This document shows, piece after piece, positions 12,955 to 21,875 of a stretch of DNA of 64,000 nucleotides. The notes beneath the pieces are model-generated. The model did no database searches, was not told the DNA's origin, and was given only the letters and a program-made list of their open reading frames with translations. Made by a program: the position numbers and the translations under genes. The DNA is from an uncultured delta proteobacterium (GTDB lineage: Bacteria; Desulfobacterota; Binatia; Binatales; Binataceae), in contig CAVQEQ010000001.1 in assembly GCA_963711565.1 (NCBI GenBank), forward strand, positions 1,265,217 to 1,329,216. Direction: 5' to 3'. Numbering within the stretch: the stretch's first letter is position 1; each line of letters starts with the position of its first letter.

Positions 12955-13266
12955 ATGAGAACGTCGGCGCCTCATCTGTTTGGGCCCGCAAGCATGGAGT
13001 TCCTGGTTGCTATCCTGGCCTCATGCTTCGACCCGATCCGCCTCGGCCTAGCGGTCGCAGTCGGATGCCTATTCTACGCGGAAATGCCCAAACTGGCATG
13101 GGGCATTTTTCTCTTTGTTCTGCCAGGTGTGGCCGCGCTTGCAGTGAGAAATGGTCACGGACTGTTATTCGATTCGGTAGCGCAATTCATTGCTGCGGGC
13201 TTGGTAGTGCTGGCTATTTACTGGTTCCTGGAATTCCGTAAGGCTCGTTCGAGCCGCAAGGTCTAG
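12955..13266 (+). CDS. Small hypothetical membrane protein
   Basis: 103-aa ORF with 3-4 hydrophobic segments and a basic tail. Confidence 0.6.
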   Translation: MRTSAPHLFGPASMEFLVAILASCFDPIRLGLAVAVGCLFYAEMPKLAWGIFLFVLPGVAALAVRNGHGLLFDSVAQFIAAGLVVLAIYWFLEFRKARSSRKV

Positions 13267-13369
13267 CTCCCAACAGTCTAATTTTAGAGACCACCCACGA
13301 GCGAGACTGTTAGGCCAGCCCGAGAAAAAATGAATGACGGCCTAGCGTGTTGATGATAGTATTTTCGAC

Positions 13370-13591
13370 ATGCTCCAATTCACTCGCAATACGGCTGCCT
13401 CCCTTGCTACGGAGGGGCACATATTCTGCGCAGGAACGCTCGCTCAGTGCCTACACCGCTGGAATAAACTGCCGCCTGAAAAGAAGGCATTAGCGTTCTT
13501 AAAGATGGGACGCGATGGGGTCGCGCCCACTATTTTGCGGGGCGAGCAAGTTGCCGAACTCGCCGGTAATCCAGAGCTGCTACGAGCCTAA
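13370..13591 (+). CDS. Hypothetical protein (73 aa)
   Basis: ATG-start ORF with protein-like composition in otherwise intergenic DNA. Confidence 0.55.
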   Translation: MLQFTRNTAASLATEGHIFCAGTLAQCLHRWNKLPPEKKALAFLKMGRDGVAPTILRGEQVAELAGNPELLRA

Positions 13592-13673
13592 GCTGCTAAT
13601 TGGATGCGCGGTCTGGCAATAATTGCTGTCAAGCACGGCGATTTCAGATCGCTTCGAATGTTAATAACCATTG

Positions 13674-13701
13674 GCGGCCGCTTTGCACCAATAGCGGACA
13701 T
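13674..13701 (-). repeat. 28-bp 11+6+11 palindromic site, copy 2
   Basis: + strand GCGGCCGCTTT GCACCA ATAGCGGACAT, 2 bp beyond stop of - strand gene at 13704. Confidence 0.85.
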
Positions 13702-13703
13702 CC

Positions 13704-14143
13704 CTACCGACACGCGAAATCGTCGGCGCCGACGGGATGGCAGAATTCTGGCCAGCCGCGCGCGCGCCAATATTCGACCAAATGGGCTTTGCGCACGAAC
13801 GCCTTGAAGCGCTCCGTTTTGCGCAAGGAAGCGCTTGGGGGCCACCAAACCTTTTCAATAGCCCAGTGGACGTAATCTGCCGCAAATCCGCGTTCAGCAA
13901 ATTCGAGGGAGCGGCCCTCCGCGCCGATATATAGATAGACGAACTCCACGTCCGGCCCCAACGCAGGGAGCGTATCCGGTGCGCTGGCCTTCGCAGGAGC
14001 GGACCGCATAAGCCTCGCCCCATCGTCCAGGGGCCGACGGAAATCGATGTTCCGTCGAGGCCATGGAGTTGAGGCTATAAGCGTATCGGCCGCTTGCGCA
14101 TAGCGACCCGCCGCCGCATATGCATAGGCTAGGGCCTTTAGCC
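13704..14143 (-). pseudogene. 5'-truncated C-terminus of a TolB-like/TPR sensor protein
   Basis: LAYAYAAAGRYAQA TPR and end HLVEYWRARGWPEFC.P.G.DDFAC, resembling the end of 10842..12828; no N-terminal domains. Confidence 0.75.
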
Positions 14144-14144
14144 T

Positions 14145-14366
14145 CAATCGCACGCCCTCACCGGTGGAATTGCCATCTTACTTAAAAGCACCTTCGGCGC
14201 CGTTGCGGATTTCAGCTTCCTATCCGAAAAGGATTGGGCAAATCTCGATATCGAAATTGCGGCCATGATGGGAGCGGAGGACGCGCCGTGGCCATTCGTT
14301 GCGAAGCGAAAAGGAATTGCTCTTCTTATGGCATTCGCATTGCAGGGCATCGAACAAAACACCTAG
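14145..14366 (+). pseudogene. 5'-truncated paralog of hypothetical protein 15458..15823
   Basis: Manual translation HALTGGIAILLKSTF...DWANLDIEIAAM...KGIALLMAFALQGI aligns without gaps to HARSGAIAILLGELF...DWKSFNDEIARM...KGIALLMTWAVEGI; in-frame TAG just upstream. Confidence 0.8.
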
Positions 14367-14557
14367 CCGATGTTCCGCCCACGGGCCCTCTCCCAACCAA
14401 GCGCCACAAGTGTAACGTCGTGATCTAAACGAGCCCTAAGGCTGGCCGTTTGCGCTGCACCTGAAGTTAGCGCAGGATAAGTCGTACGCATGAGCCGATC
14501 AGGGGGCCGGCTGCGTTGGTTGACATCCGCGCCCTCCGCGCTGGCCAGTGGAAAGCA

Positions 14558-15397
14558 ATGAAGACCCCTTCCAAAGTTCGTATCCCGGGGAGGATCGCAG
14601 CGGAAATCGGCAGCGATATCGTTTCCGGTCGCCTGCTACCCGGAACGATCCTGGAAACGGAATTGGAGGCAAGCAGTGGGCGCAATGTGTCCCGCTCGGC
14701 CTATCGCGAAGCCGTTGGCAAGCTGGTCGCAAAGGGCCTGGTCGCGTCCCGGCAGAAAGTCGGTACGCGCGTCACGGAAGCCACGCAATGGCACCTTCTG
14801 GACCCAGATGTCCTCAGCTGGATGTTCAGTAGTGAGCCACGGAGGGACCTGCTCGCTTACCTCTTTGAACTTCGCAAAATGGTTGAGCCCGAAGCAGCGG
14901 CTCTGGCTGCGGCGCGGCGCAGGACGCAGGAGCTGCACGCCATGGCGCGGGCGCTAAAAATCATGACAGAGGAAACCCTGCATACCGACCGCGGACGGCT
15001 TGCCGATCATGACTTCCACGCAAGTCTTTTGGCGGCTTCGGGTAACCCGTTTCTCATTTCACTGTCCACAAGCGTCACCGCCGCGGTGACCTGGAGCACG
15101 AAGTTCAAGGATCGCACTCATCGCCTGAAGCGAAATGCCATACCGGACCATGTTCGCGTCTATGATGCCATTGCGGCGGGTGATGCGAAGGCCGCACGAA
15201 AGGCCATGACACGGTTAATCGAACTGGCCCTCTCGGACTTCGATCCAGGTGCGCCGGAAAACTCCGCCGGCACGCTCCCACCGCTGATCTCTTTAAGGCG
15301 GGCGGCACCACCGCAGCGGCGGACACCTGACCCTGGGTCACAAATGCGTCTCTCATTTTGTCCGACTTTATTACAGGCAGGTCATTTGGCAAGGTGA
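14558..15397 (+). CDS. FadR/GntR family transcriptional regulator (C-terminal tail may be a frameshift extension)
   Basis: VSRSAYREAV..L.AKGLV.SR.KVGTRV...W.LLDPDVL.W; FCD domain ELRKMVEPEAAALAA, D.DFH..LL.ASGN. Confidence 0.92.
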   Translation: MKTPSKVRIPGRIAAEIGSDIVSGRLLPGTILETELEASSGRNVSRSAYREAVGKLVAKGLVASRQKVGTRVTEATQWHLLDPDVLSWMFSSEPRRDLLAYLFELRKMVEPEAAALAAARRRTQELHAMARALKIMTEETLHTDRGRLADHDFHASLLAASGNPFLISLSTSVTAAVTWSTKFKDRTHRLKRNAIPDHVRVYDAIAAGDAKAARKAMTRLIELALSDFDPGAPENSAGTLPPLISLRRAAPPQRRTPDPGSQMRLSFCPTLLQAGHLAR

Positions 15398-15415
15398 CAG
15401 GGTGCCCGCGTTGCC

Positions 15416-15432
15416 GTATTGTCCGACAATAC
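15416..15432. promoter_or_regulatory. Putative FadR-type operator palindrome
   Basis: Perfect GTATTGTC-C-GACAATAC; second partial copy TTGTCCGAC at 15358-15366; fits FadR-subfamily TTGT-N3-ACAA style. Confidence 0.6.
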
Positions 15433-15457
15433 GTTCGGTTATTAAGCGGCGCCTTGC

Positions 15458-15823
15458 ATGACCTTGGGGACTGATAACAGCACTTTGGAGACTGATACTG
15501 GTCGCGCCGACTCGAACGCGGAAAAGTATCGATTGCTCCTGTCAGAGCTCATTGCGCTGGTGGACACAAGAAGATGCGAGGAGCTGAACGTCGAGGACGT
15601 AATGCTTCATGCCCGCAGTGGCGCAATCGCCATTTTATTGGGCGAGCTATTTCAGAATACGGGTAGCTTCAACGTCTTCACCCAAAATGATTGGAAAAGC
15701 TTCAACGATGAGATTGCGCGCATGTCGAATGCGGCCGATCCGCCTCAGAAGATCACGGTGACAAACAAGGGCATTGCCCTCCTCATGACCTGGGCGGTCG
15801 AGGGGATACGGCGACAAGCCTAG
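15458..15823 (+). CDS. Hypothetical protein (has paralog fragment at 14145..14366)
   Basis: 121-aa ORF; coding status supported by the diverged paralog. Confidence 0.75.
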   Translation: MTLGTDNSTLETDTGRADSNAEKYRLLLSELIALVDTRRCEELNVEDVMLHARSGAIAILLGELFQNTGSFNVFTQNDWKSFNDEIARMSNAADPPQKITVTNKGIALLMTWAVEGIRRQA

Positions 15824-16102
15824 TAACAGTGACATTCCACCGACGACGAGAGCCGACGCTGGTCTTCACCCCTTAGCGCAAAGGTAGGACGCCGATCGGA
15901 TCACGCTCTACTCCATAGGCCTGTCTTAATGTCGAACTTCACCTTGCCTGCAGACCGCATTTGCATCAGAAGATCTTGCTGCTGCCTGGGTCGAGCAGTT
16001 TTTGTAGCGCATAGACGGCGCGAGGTTTGTCCAGCGCCGCCAGCACGTCTTGTTCTCGTGTCACGAACAATGCCCTCTCGATTTCTTCATCATTTCGCTC
16101 GA

Positions 16103-16130
16103 ATTCCGCCTTTGTGCCAATAGCGGACAT
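16103..16130 (-). repeat. 28-bp 11+6+11 palindromic site, copy 3
   Basis: + strand ATTCCGCCTTT GTGCCA ATAGCGGACAT, 50 bp beyond sulfatase stop. Confidence 0.85.
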
Positions 16131-16180
16131 TCGGACCTTGCCGACGCGCTGATGTAAAGGCGCTCTGACGACTGCGTCTG

Positions 16181-17562
16181 TCAATCTTGCGATAGCTGCT
16201 CCTTGAGCAATTGTTGCATCCGGTCGCGAAAAACCTTGGGCGGGCGCTTTGCTTTTAAGGGGCCAAACTTGGCGCGGGCGGCTTTCATTCGCTCCTGCAT
16301 ATCCGCAAGCGCCGCCGGCTGGATGGCGGCGACGCTGTAGCTCTCGGAAATATCCTTGCTGACGTCATACAGCTGCGGATAGCCCACACCTTCCGTCGAA
16401 GCGAGCGCCCCCCGATAATGCGAACGGGTGGCATACTTCCAGCGCTGGGTGCGGACCGCCACGACCTCCTCGTCATTGAACAGCAGCAATTGATCGTGCG
16501 GCGAGGCGGCGCCGTTGGCCAGGACCGCCGAAATGTCGAGGCCATCGAGCTCGACGCCTGCCGGATTGGCAATGCCCGCCATCGCGCAAAAGGTGGGCAG
16601 AAAATCGATACCCATCGCGATGGAATTGGTGCGTATTCCCCGTTTTACGACACCGGGCTGGCGGGCAATGCAGGGCACGCGATAGCCGCCATCATAGGCC
16701 GCGCCGCCCTTGCGATCGCGCAGACCGCCGGTCGAGCCTTCATACCAGGGGCCGTTATCGGACGTGAAGATCAGCAACGTGTCGCGCTCAAGTCCCAGAG
16801 CCTTCAAACGCTCCATGAGGCGGCCGACAATGGTATCGATTTCCACCACCGTGTCGGCATAGAGCCCTTGCATGGTTTTGTCGCGGAACTTTGCATTCGG
16901 ATAGTTCGGCAAATGGGGCGCACTCAGCGCCAGTTCGACAAAAAATGGCTGGTCCGCATGATCGGTGATGAATTTTCAGTCGGGCGTAGAACCGTTGCTG
17001 CAGCTCGTCTTCAATCGCGTCTTCTCGCGTCGGCTCCTGATCCGGGCCGTTGTCCGTGTACAGCGCCAACGGCTTCATGTCGTGGCTGTACTGCAGGCCA
17101 AAGAAATGATCGAAACCGTGGTGGGTCGGTGCCCAAGTGGGGCCGGTATGACCCAGGTGCCATTTGCCGAATAGCGCGCTGACATAACCCGCCGGTTTGA
17201 GCGCCGCCGCAATTGTCACTTCGGAAAGTGGCAGGCGCCGGTCGTCATTCGGCAAGATCACGCTATAAGCCAGGCCGGTGCGGATCGCGTAACGCCCCCA
17301 GTCAGCAAGCCAGCGCGGGAGGGCGTGCAAATATTCTGCGGCGCGTAATAATCCGTCAGAACATTTCCCTCCTGCGCCAACCGGTTGATGTTCGGCGTAT
17401 GGATGGCCTTTCCGCCTTCCGGTTCGATATCCCCCCAGCCCAGGTCATCGCAGAGGACGATGATGAAATTAGGCTTACGCCGGCTCTCAGCCACCGCCTC
17501 GCCATTGACCGTTAGCGCGGCCACGGTTGCGGCCGTTGCACTCAGAAACCCCGGCGCTCCAT
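16181..17562 (-). CDS. Cys-type arylsulfatase with Tat signal, frameshifted
   Basis: MERRGF(L) twin-arginine start; [48 protein letters not shown]. Confidence 0.92.
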
Positions 17563-17608
17563 TCTTCGATCTCCCTTGATCTGCGGCGAAAATGTGAAAT
17601 GTCCCTGC

Positions 17609-19218
17609 CTACTTGGCCGCTGCGGGCTCGGCGCAGATGAAGCTCGACGCGTCATTGATGTCGCCGGTTCCTCTGTATTTCGCGGCCTTCGGGAAAACGC
17701 ATAATGGCCGGGTCATCTCGACACCTTTCGCGCGGTCGTTGTCGACGATATTTCGTCGCGATGATCCGTTTCGGCGCGTACGCCTTTTTCGACCCACTGT
17801 TCCAGCGCGGCCACCACATCATGGTCCGCGTCGCCATCGCCGCCGGTCTGACCGAATTGATTGGGGCCGGGGCCGCCCCCGCAATGGCCCATGCCGGGCA
17901 CCATGAACAGGCGATAGAAATCCTGGGTCTTGTCCCAGCCGCCCGCGCCTTTCTGGGCGGCCACCGCGTTTTTGTAATAGTCCACTGTTGCAAATGGCGA
18001 AATGTCCGAATCCGCCCAGCCGTGATACGAGATGAGTTTGCCGCCATGCGCCTTGAACCCGGTGAAGCGTCGGTCGGTCGCATCCATGATCGTGCCCATC
18101 GCTTTTTTGGAGTCGCGCGGGCCTTTTGTCTGGATCAAAATTCATGAAAGTCCCATTTCGGGTCGTGATAAACTAGGTTTGCGAAGGTCTCGTTTGCCAT
18201 TATGCCCCCGCCTGGCTTTGTCATGGGCCTCCGCGAAGTTGGGGCCCGCGAAATACTGGGCCCACCCGACGCTTTCGCTGCCAAACGGCATGCCTGGGAA
18301 AATCTGGCTTGCCCGAGCTTGTCTTCGGCCCGTCATGCAGGGCCTGGTAGGTCTTGAGCTGCGCCGGAGTCAGCGGAAGCGACGCCGGATCGATGCGGCA
18401 TTGCCTGGGATCGGCAATCAGGCCGTCTTTGACGCCGTCCGCCGCGTCGCATGCTCGATCGACCGCGTCGCCGACCTTCTGGATGTCGGCCGGCGAAATA
18501 TAGCCGGCCTCGGATGCATAGGAATGCCTTCATGTTCGCGGCATCGCCGGCGTGCTGACTCGGCCCATTGGTTCCCCGGGTCGCCGGCGGCAATGCCGTC
18601 AAAATCATCCGGATAGCGCTGCGCCTCCGTCAGCGCTTCCCGCCCGCCCGTGGAACAGCCAATGAAATAGGAATATTCAGGTTTCCTGCCATAGAACGCA
18701 GCGGTGACAGCTTTGCCGACTGCGGCCGTCAAGTGGACGGCGCGGTAAGCCGAAATCGATGAGTTTCTCCGGATGCCCCAGGGCCCATTCCGCGCTGCGT
18801 GTTCGTGGCCGTCTCATGCCCGTCGTCCGTGCCTGCCACGGCAGATCCCGCCTTAAGGGGGCGCGGCCATGGCGCCAAGAGGATATGGCTCCCGCGAAGC
18901 CGCCATTGCCGACGGATTCATAACGCCCGGTCCAGCCCGTCTGCGGCAGCCAGACCTCGAATTTGATGTCGGAATCGCCGGTCGGCTTGATGGTGCCGCC
19001 GACACGGCAAAAGGCGACCGGTAAGGGTTTTGTCCCGGCCCCGGATCTGGCGGCGTGAACGTGCCGGCGGCCTCCGGCTGCGCCATGGTGATCGTCGTTC
19101 CCGGCAGCTTGAGGTCGGTTAGGCTCTCGCAGCTTGCTGCGAAAGCGGGATTTTCTGCGAACGCTGCCGAGGCCAGCAGGAACGCGGTCAGACCAAGCGG
19201 CATGCGATAGTTGGTCAT
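17609..19218 (-). CDS. Tannase/feruloyl esterase family hydrolase, heavily frameshifted
   Basis: IKFEVWLP..GW.GRY..VGNGGFAG, GCSTGGRE, AQRYPDDFDGI.AG, HGWAD, FYRLFMVPGMGHCGGG, TRPLC.FP. Confidence 0.92.
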
Positions 19219-19273
19219 GGCATTTTCCCATCTGAATGATTGGCAAACAAGATCAGTCTTTTCGATATCGGTT

Positions 19274-19301
19274 TCGTCCGCTTTGCGCCAATAGCGGACA
19301 T
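19274..19301 (-). repeat. 28-bp 11+6+11 palindromic site, copy 4
   Basis: + strand TCGTCCGCTTT GCGCCA ATAGCGGACAT, 19 bp beyond stop of SnoaL-like gene. Confidence 0.85.
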
Positions 19302-19320
19302 TTTTCGGCAATTAAATGCC

Positions 19321-19806
19321 CTAAGGCGCGGCCTGGGCCATCTCGCGGATGGACTGCCAGCCGGTCGGGCTTTCCTTTGACTTCACATAGACCACCATGG
19401 CGCGTCCGCGGGCAACGGTCGGGCTGCCGCCCGTTTTCGGCGTAGTCTTTATCGTAAAAATGCTCGTTTCGACCGCGGTATCGCCGAGAAAGACCATGCT
19501 TTCCAGCCGGTGCTCCACGAACTCCATCTTCACATTGCGGAATGTCTTAGCCAGGCCGCGCTGTAGTTCTTGCCGGCCGTTCACGACATTTGTTCCGCCG
19601 AAATATTTCATTACATCCGGACGATGCAGGGCAACGATTGCCGCCACGTCCCCGCGTCCGAAGCCATCGCGTATCGCCTGAGTGGTGCGCTCCAACGATT
19701 GCCGGTCCGAGCGGCTCCCGCCGGAAATAGCGTCCGGCGGTTCCTGGGCCTTTGCCGGGCTATTCAGGCCGCCAGCAAACAAGCAACGCAGCGAAGATAG
19801 CGCCAT
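19321..19806 (-). CDS. NTF2-like/SnoaL (DUF4440-type) exported protein
   Basis: F.RGDVAAIVAL..PD...GR..L; GDTAVE; terminal GWQSIRE beta pattern. Confidence 0.8.
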   Translation of the reverse strand: MALSSLRCLFAGGLNSPAKAQEPPDAISGGSRSDRQSLERTTQAIRDGFGRGDVAAIVALHRPDVMKYFGGTNVVNGRQELQRGLAKTFRNVKMEFVEHRLESMVFLGDTAVETSIFTIKTTPKTGGSPTVARGRAMVVYVKSKESPTGWQSIREMAQAAP

Positions 19807-19972
19807 ACCGCATCGTCCACCTTCCTGTTTGACAATGAAGCGAAGCCCCTTTCGTCGGGCCAGAACCCGGAAATCATCGCTGCCGCCAAGATGGGCATCG
19901 CAAATTGGTTTCGACCTGGCGGCGTGTCAAGGTCAGGCGTCAGAAAATTCACTTTTGGGGCAAAATGGAAAT

Positions 19973-20000
19973 ACCTCCGCTTTGGGTCGGGAGCGGACCT
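19973..20000 (+). repeat. 28-bp 11+6+11 palindromic site, copy 5
   Basis: ACCTCCGCTTT GGGTCG GGAGCGGACCT, upstream of ThuA-like gene. Confidence 0.75.
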
Positions 20001-20153
20001 GTCCCGTGGGTGCGGATTGCGTGCAGCATAGGGAAGGCCCACCGGAACGTCGCCATGTTGTGACCGATTGATTTTGACTGTCCTTCCTTAGACCATGGGG
20101 TTATCGGGGGCAGATGGCGCATCGATTGAAATGAACCGAAGCAGGAGAGATCA

Positions 20154-21148
20154 ATGCAAAACTTCTGGAAAATGGCCGGGCGCGCCGCCCTGGCGGTCGC
20201 GATCCTAATGGGCGCCGCAGGTTCGATGGCAGGCTTTGACGGCGCCAGAGCGCAAGGCTCGGCGCCAGTCAAGAAAATCGTCTTCTGGGCGGGACCGAAG
20301 GAGCACGGCGTTCCCGGCCGGCATGAATATGAGCGGGACTTGACCGAGCTAGCCTGGCAACTTGAACACGCCACCAATCTGCGCGGCGTAAAGACGTTGG
20401 TGAAGGTCGTCACCAAACCGCCCCGAGATATCAGCGAACTCGACGATGCTGATGCCCTGGTGATCTTCGGCAACGGCGCCTGGCTCAAGACCGAGACCGG
20501 CATCCTTTTCCCGCAAGATCAGGATACCGACGGGCGCACCTATGACGCGGAGCATACCGACTGGCTGAACAAGCTTGATGCGGTGATAAAGAGCGGAAGA
20601 TGGGTTTGGCGATCTTCCATTACACCATGTGGGTGGATAACTGGGTCGGCAAGCGCTTCCTGATGGACTGGTTCGGCGGCAACTGGCTACCCTATTCCTC
20701 ACACAATCCGGTGGACACCTGGACGGTATCGCCGCTGCCTGTGCGTCATCCCATCCTCAATGGCATACAGCCCTGGACGTATCGTGACGAAATGTTCTCG
20801 CGTTATTTCCTCTACCACGATCCGCGTCGCACCGAGTTGATGCAGGCCATGCCCGCCACAGCGAGCAACGGCGGGCCCGATCCGGTCTCCTGGATTTTCA
20901 ATCGTCCCGATGGCGGCCGTTCTTTCGTCTGGGGCGGCTCTGACTTCCACGACAACATGCACAATGTCGCCGCCTACCGGAAATACCTGCTCAACGGCAT
21001 CGCCTGGATCGCCGGCCTCGAAGTGCCTGCAGAAGGGGTCAACGCACCGGCGCCCCCTGCAGATGATCCGCCCATTCCAGCGACACCACCCGGACGCCAT
21101 GGGCCTGGGCCCGGGCCGGCTGGAACGCCAGTAGCACCTGCGCCTTGA
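20154..21148 (+). CDS. ThuA-like (trehalose utilisation domain) exported protein, frameshift near 20600
   Basis: KKIVFWAGPKEHG.PG.HEYE; HPIL.GI.P...RDE; PVSW.F.RPDGGRSF; RKYLLNGIAW.AGLEVP..G. Confidence 0.82.
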
Positions 21149-21173
21149 GGCGCCGGCAATCGTTCAGATCCGC

Positions 21174-21200
21174 AATTCCGCTTTGGTCAAAAGCACGCCA
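21174..21200 (+). repeat. Degenerate copy 6 of the palindromic site
   Basis: AATTCCGCTTT GGTCA AAAGCACGCCA (spacer one base short), 25 bp after ThuA stop. Confidence 0.55.
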
Positions 21201-21428
21201 AAAGACCACTCACTCTGATTTATTTATCAATTTGAACACGCGCCAACAGCGGCGGATTGTAAGACGGTGCCCCTGGATGTCACTTAATTGGGCGGCTTTT
21301 CGTAGACCCCTTTGATACCCGGGCGCACGTGGGCGATGACCCTTGCCGGGGAGCCATTTCTTTCAAAAAAATACAGCAGCCCGCGGTTGGACCGGACGGG
21401 CCGCCGTGCGTGATCCCCTTCCCGACCT

Positions 21429-21818
21429 TCAGTTCGCACCCCGTTGGCGGCCGGAGCTTGGCGTGTAGTTGGGTGACCAGGGGCCTGCCGTCACATGGCC
21501 CTGCGTATTCCAGAGCGGGCCGAGATCTTTCTTTTCGGCGGCATCATAGGCCGCCTGGAGATCAGGCGTTGAAGCCGGATCGAGCTGGCCGCCCGGGCCC
21601 TGGAAGCATTTGAAGTCCGGACGATTGACCCAGGCATAGGGACCGCACAGATATTTGTGGGCGCGCAACGCCGCGTCATGGACGATATTGATCTCGCGCT
21701 CGTAATCCGGATCGCCCTGCTTGTAGCCGGCGAAATTGCCCAGGTCCGAGGATGCGGCAAACACCCCGTCGACGCCCGGCAGGGCCGCTATTTTATCCGC
21801 GTCCTTCAGGCCATCGAG
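21429..21818 (-). pseudogene. C-terminal fragment of HpcH/HpaI aldolase family protein
   Basis: LDGLKDADKIAALPGVDGVFAASSDLG; in-frame TGA at 21825-21827 upstream, so the 5' part is missing. Confidence 0.75.
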
Positions 21819-21875
21819 CCGGCGTCATGCAAATCGGGGCAATCGGCGTTAAGATGAATGGGTGAGGATTGCTGG

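Noticed and set aside
13588-13875. Short ORFs reading MSAIGAKR / PLCTNSGH (also at 15966 and 19236)
   Set aside because: These are translations of the 28-bp palindrome, not proteins.
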